DNA of 64,000 bases, taken from assembly GCF_009914755.1 (NCBI RefSeq), contig NC_060947.1. One strand, 5' to 3'. This stretch comes from the human T2T-CHM13v2.0 reference genome, Homo sapiens. Positions 60,224 through 64,000 of this stretch are shown here, piece after piece. The notes below the pieces were generated by a model, which saw only the letters and a program-made list of their open reading frames with translations, ran no database searches and had not been told where the DNA came from. Position 1 is the stretch's first letter. Each line of letters starts with the position of its first letter. A program made the translations under genes and the position numbers.

Positions 60224-60244
60224 CTCTTTTCTTTCTTCCTTCTT

Positions 60245-60247
<3 letters not shown>
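59888..60247. repeat. Compound (TTTC)n microsatellite
   Basis: Directly visible. Confidence 0.97.
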
Positions 60248-60665
<418 letters not shown>

Positions 60666-61724
60666 CATCCTCTTTATTTTTTAAATTCTATTTGTATTCT
60701 TGATCTTCCCAGTTTTAGTGGCTCTTCAGGGGCTGAGAAAGCATGAAATACAGAGAATTTCTCTCCTCTTTCAACCAGAAAAGTTGTCTCATGTCTTTGG
60801 AGGTGGTAAGACCAGAGATATCTTTCTTGCAGGAGGAAGATGATTTCAAGAACAGAGAAATTGAGATGATTTTCCCGAGACAGGCCGTTGTTTCTTTCCT
60901 CCTCTCAGACACCTGTCCCGCGAGGCCAAGATGAAGTTGCTTCATTTTCTTAAGAGAGAATGACCGGAATGTTCCGGAAAACCAAAACGTCCAAGCTTTT
61001 GCAGGATGGAAGGAGTGGATCTATAGCAATTGAATTGAACACTTGTGTCCCTGTGTCTCCCTTGCTGCCCCCCAAACCTGAGAGCCCATTTTCAGCTTCT
61101 CCAGTGACCCAGTTGTCCAAGCGGAAACTAGTTAATCACCCTCAGTGGACCTGATATTCCCCGGAAATTATGGCTCGTGGAGATCTCATCGGAATTGTAA
61201 ACTCATGCAGCCAGCCACATCTGCAAGTCCCAGGGGAATACAGGTCAAAAAACGTACCGGAATTACAGAAAAATCGTGTTGTCATCTCTGCACCGTACAA
61301 GGACAGAAACGACCTGTTTCCAAGAATGACATTATATAGCATCCCTGCCTTTTCGTTGACGGGGGAGACTGTATTATCCTCTAAAAGGTGCCACGAAGAA
61401 TATTCAGAAAGGGTAAAATGACAAAATTAAAAGGAACGAAGGTGTATAGAAAGGCCAATTCTAAAAACCTAAATGCTGGAGGCGGCGGGGTGGCCTGTGG
61501 TTGGTCTCTGCAAATTTTCTCCGGATCTGACAGAGACCCAGTTCCGTCACCTCCAGGGCACAACGTAAGACCCCTGTTTCTGCAGTTCTGCCTTTTTAAT
61601 TGATCGCCAGCGCTTTCTGGAAGATGATAGAATAAGGCCAGATTGTACGTGCCGGGGTGCTGATCTTCATGACTGGGGTATGTGTGTGTGTTCTCCAAAA
61701 TTAAAGGAGCAAAGTGAGACCACA

Positions 61725-61965
61725 GATTGTACAATTCCATTCGAATCACATGTCCAGAATAGGAAAATCTACTGGGGCAGAGGGTGGATCAGTAGTTGCT
61801 TAGGACTGGGGGAACAAGGATGGCATAACTACGGAGGGAGGGATCTGAAGATGGCAAGTCAGCTTCCTTGGGGGGTGATAAATATATCCTAAAAGTGACT
61901 CTGAGTGCCTTAAATAGATGCATTGTACGATATGTCAGTTATAGCCCGACAAACCTGCTTTGAAG
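61725..61965 (+). mobile_element. Old L1 3' end relic
   Basis: ttgtacaattccattc...atgtccagaataggaaaatcta...cagtagttgcttagg. Confidence 0.65.
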
Positions 61966-62032
61966 AAAAAGAAGGCAGATTGTGAAATACACATAATAAA
62001 TGGAAGCAAAGCAAATGACAATGATTTTTAAA

Positions 62033-62576
<544 letters not shown>

Positions 62577-63409
62577 CTAATGATTAAATACTGTAGGGAA
62601 GAGCTTACCACAATTGCTGGCCCATGGCCAATGCTGGGTATAAGACAGCTACTGCAAACAACCATGATGATGATACATCTCTTGTGTAGGGTTAGGTTGT
62701 TTGAGACACATTCTATGCTCCTTGATTTGATTGGAGGGTACCTTGGTTCCTTGGGGACTTGGAGGTGACGAAAGCCTCCCTGGGGACAAAACTCACCTTC
62801 ACTTCTCTAATATCAAGCTTCAGCAACCTGCTCCAGCTACAGCACAGGGTTGGACAGGCCCAACAACAGAGGAAATCCACAAAGTGTGTCTTGACACATA
62901 CATCCACGGGGTCTAACGAGGTGAGGCCAATGACTGCTTCCACACACCCCAGCCAGACTCTGACTTCACTCCCGGCAGGTTTCAGTAGACTTGGCAGAAG
63001 TTGGAGCGAGCTGGCTTCTTGCGGTAGGCAGCCATGTTGGAAGAGCTCCCAATAGTCCTCGTTTCCTGGTAATCTCATGCTTGGATCATCTTCTTCTCTT
63101 GAGTGAAGAGAAGAACTGCAGAGAGAGACAGAGACAGAGAGACAGATCACAGGGGCAGTTTCCCCCATACTGTTCTCAAGATAAATGAGTCAACTCTTAC
63201 ACCTCTTTTCTCTGGTGTAAAACAAGGCTGGTGAACAGGCAGAGAGAACTGGGGTGTTGGAGTAGCATTGACCTTCCTTCTTCATCCCTCTATAATCTCT
63301 CCTAGTGCAGGAGTAGGAAAACTAAAAATCACACGTCTGATCATCTGTGATCTCAGAGTCTTGGACAAGCCTTGCTTGCCAATCAGCAGGGATGGGAGTT
63401 GGAGCCATC

Positions 63410-63842
63410 TCCAAGTGTCCCCCCACAAATCTATGTCCACCTGGAAGTTTCAAATGCAACTTTATTTGGGAAAAGCAATTTTGCAAATGTTATTAAGTGA
63501 AGGATCTAGGGATGAGATCATCCTGGAGTAGGGTGGGTCCTAGGTCAAATGACAGGAAATCTGCCCACCTCGGCCTCCCAAACTGCTGGGATTACAGGCA
63601 TGAGCCACCAAACCTGGCCTATCATTGATTTAATGATTAATACGGTTAGGCTCTGTGTCCCCACCCAAATCTCATCTCAAATTGTAATTCCCATGTGTCC
63701 AGGGAGGGAGCTTGTGGAAGGTGATTGGATCACAGGGGCAGTTTTTGTCATGCTGTTCTCATGATAAATGAGTCAATTCTCAGAAGAGATGATGGTTTTA
63801 AAGTGTGGCACTTCTTTGCTTTCTTGCTCTCTCTCTCTCCTG
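63410..63842 (+). mobile_element. MLT1-like fragment (63410-63556), minus-strand Alu fragment (63560-63620), MST-like fragment (63640-63842)
   Basis: aactttatttgggaaaag...gatgagatcatcctgga; gtgtccccacccaaatctcatctcaaattgtaattccc. Confidence 0.75.
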
Positions 63843-64000
63843 AGTAGACTGGCTCATTCTTTCTACTGGTTACAAGCAATAGAAGTGATAACAAAATTGA
63901 TGGTTTCTCATTTCCTAAATGGTACCAGTGGACTCCTGGTTTCCTCTCTCTCTCTTCTCTCTCTCTATCAACTTTTCCCTCAATCTCTCTATCAACCTCC

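Noticed and set aside
60700-61720. Unique 1-kb stretch with several 60-120 aa ORFs
   Set aside because: No recognisable domain, overlapping short ORFs on both strands, and no consistent exon structure.

Overview
Primate (almost certainly human) non-coding genomic DNA. I find no credible protein-coding gene, RNA gene or CRISPR array. All long ORFs come from Alus, simple repeats or minisatellites; one is the C-terminal remnant of L1 ORF2. The window holds dozens of Alus, a few L1, MaLR/ERV LTR and DNA-transposon relics, multi-kb degenerate (ATCC)n/(GGAT)n/(TCTA)n/(TAGA)n tracts, and several minisatellites (29, 46, 100, 27/33/31 and ~280 bp units). Short unique islands between them carry homeodomain/TALE motif clusters. 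This landscape resembles the Xp/Yp pseudoautosomal region PAR1, possibly the gene desert near SHOX; that is an inference and was not checked by alignment. The most notable signal is not a gene but dense footprints of local recombination or template switching: one Alu substitution (GGGATTACAGG>GGGATGACAGG) shared across subfamilies and both arms, an Alu-Alu junction copied 13 kb away in inverted orientation, Alu monomer concatemers, mosaic tandem repeats, and a 100-bp purine minisatellite with a PRDM9 13-mer in each unit. Coordinates are read by eye and repeat subfamily calls rest on recalled consensus sequences.
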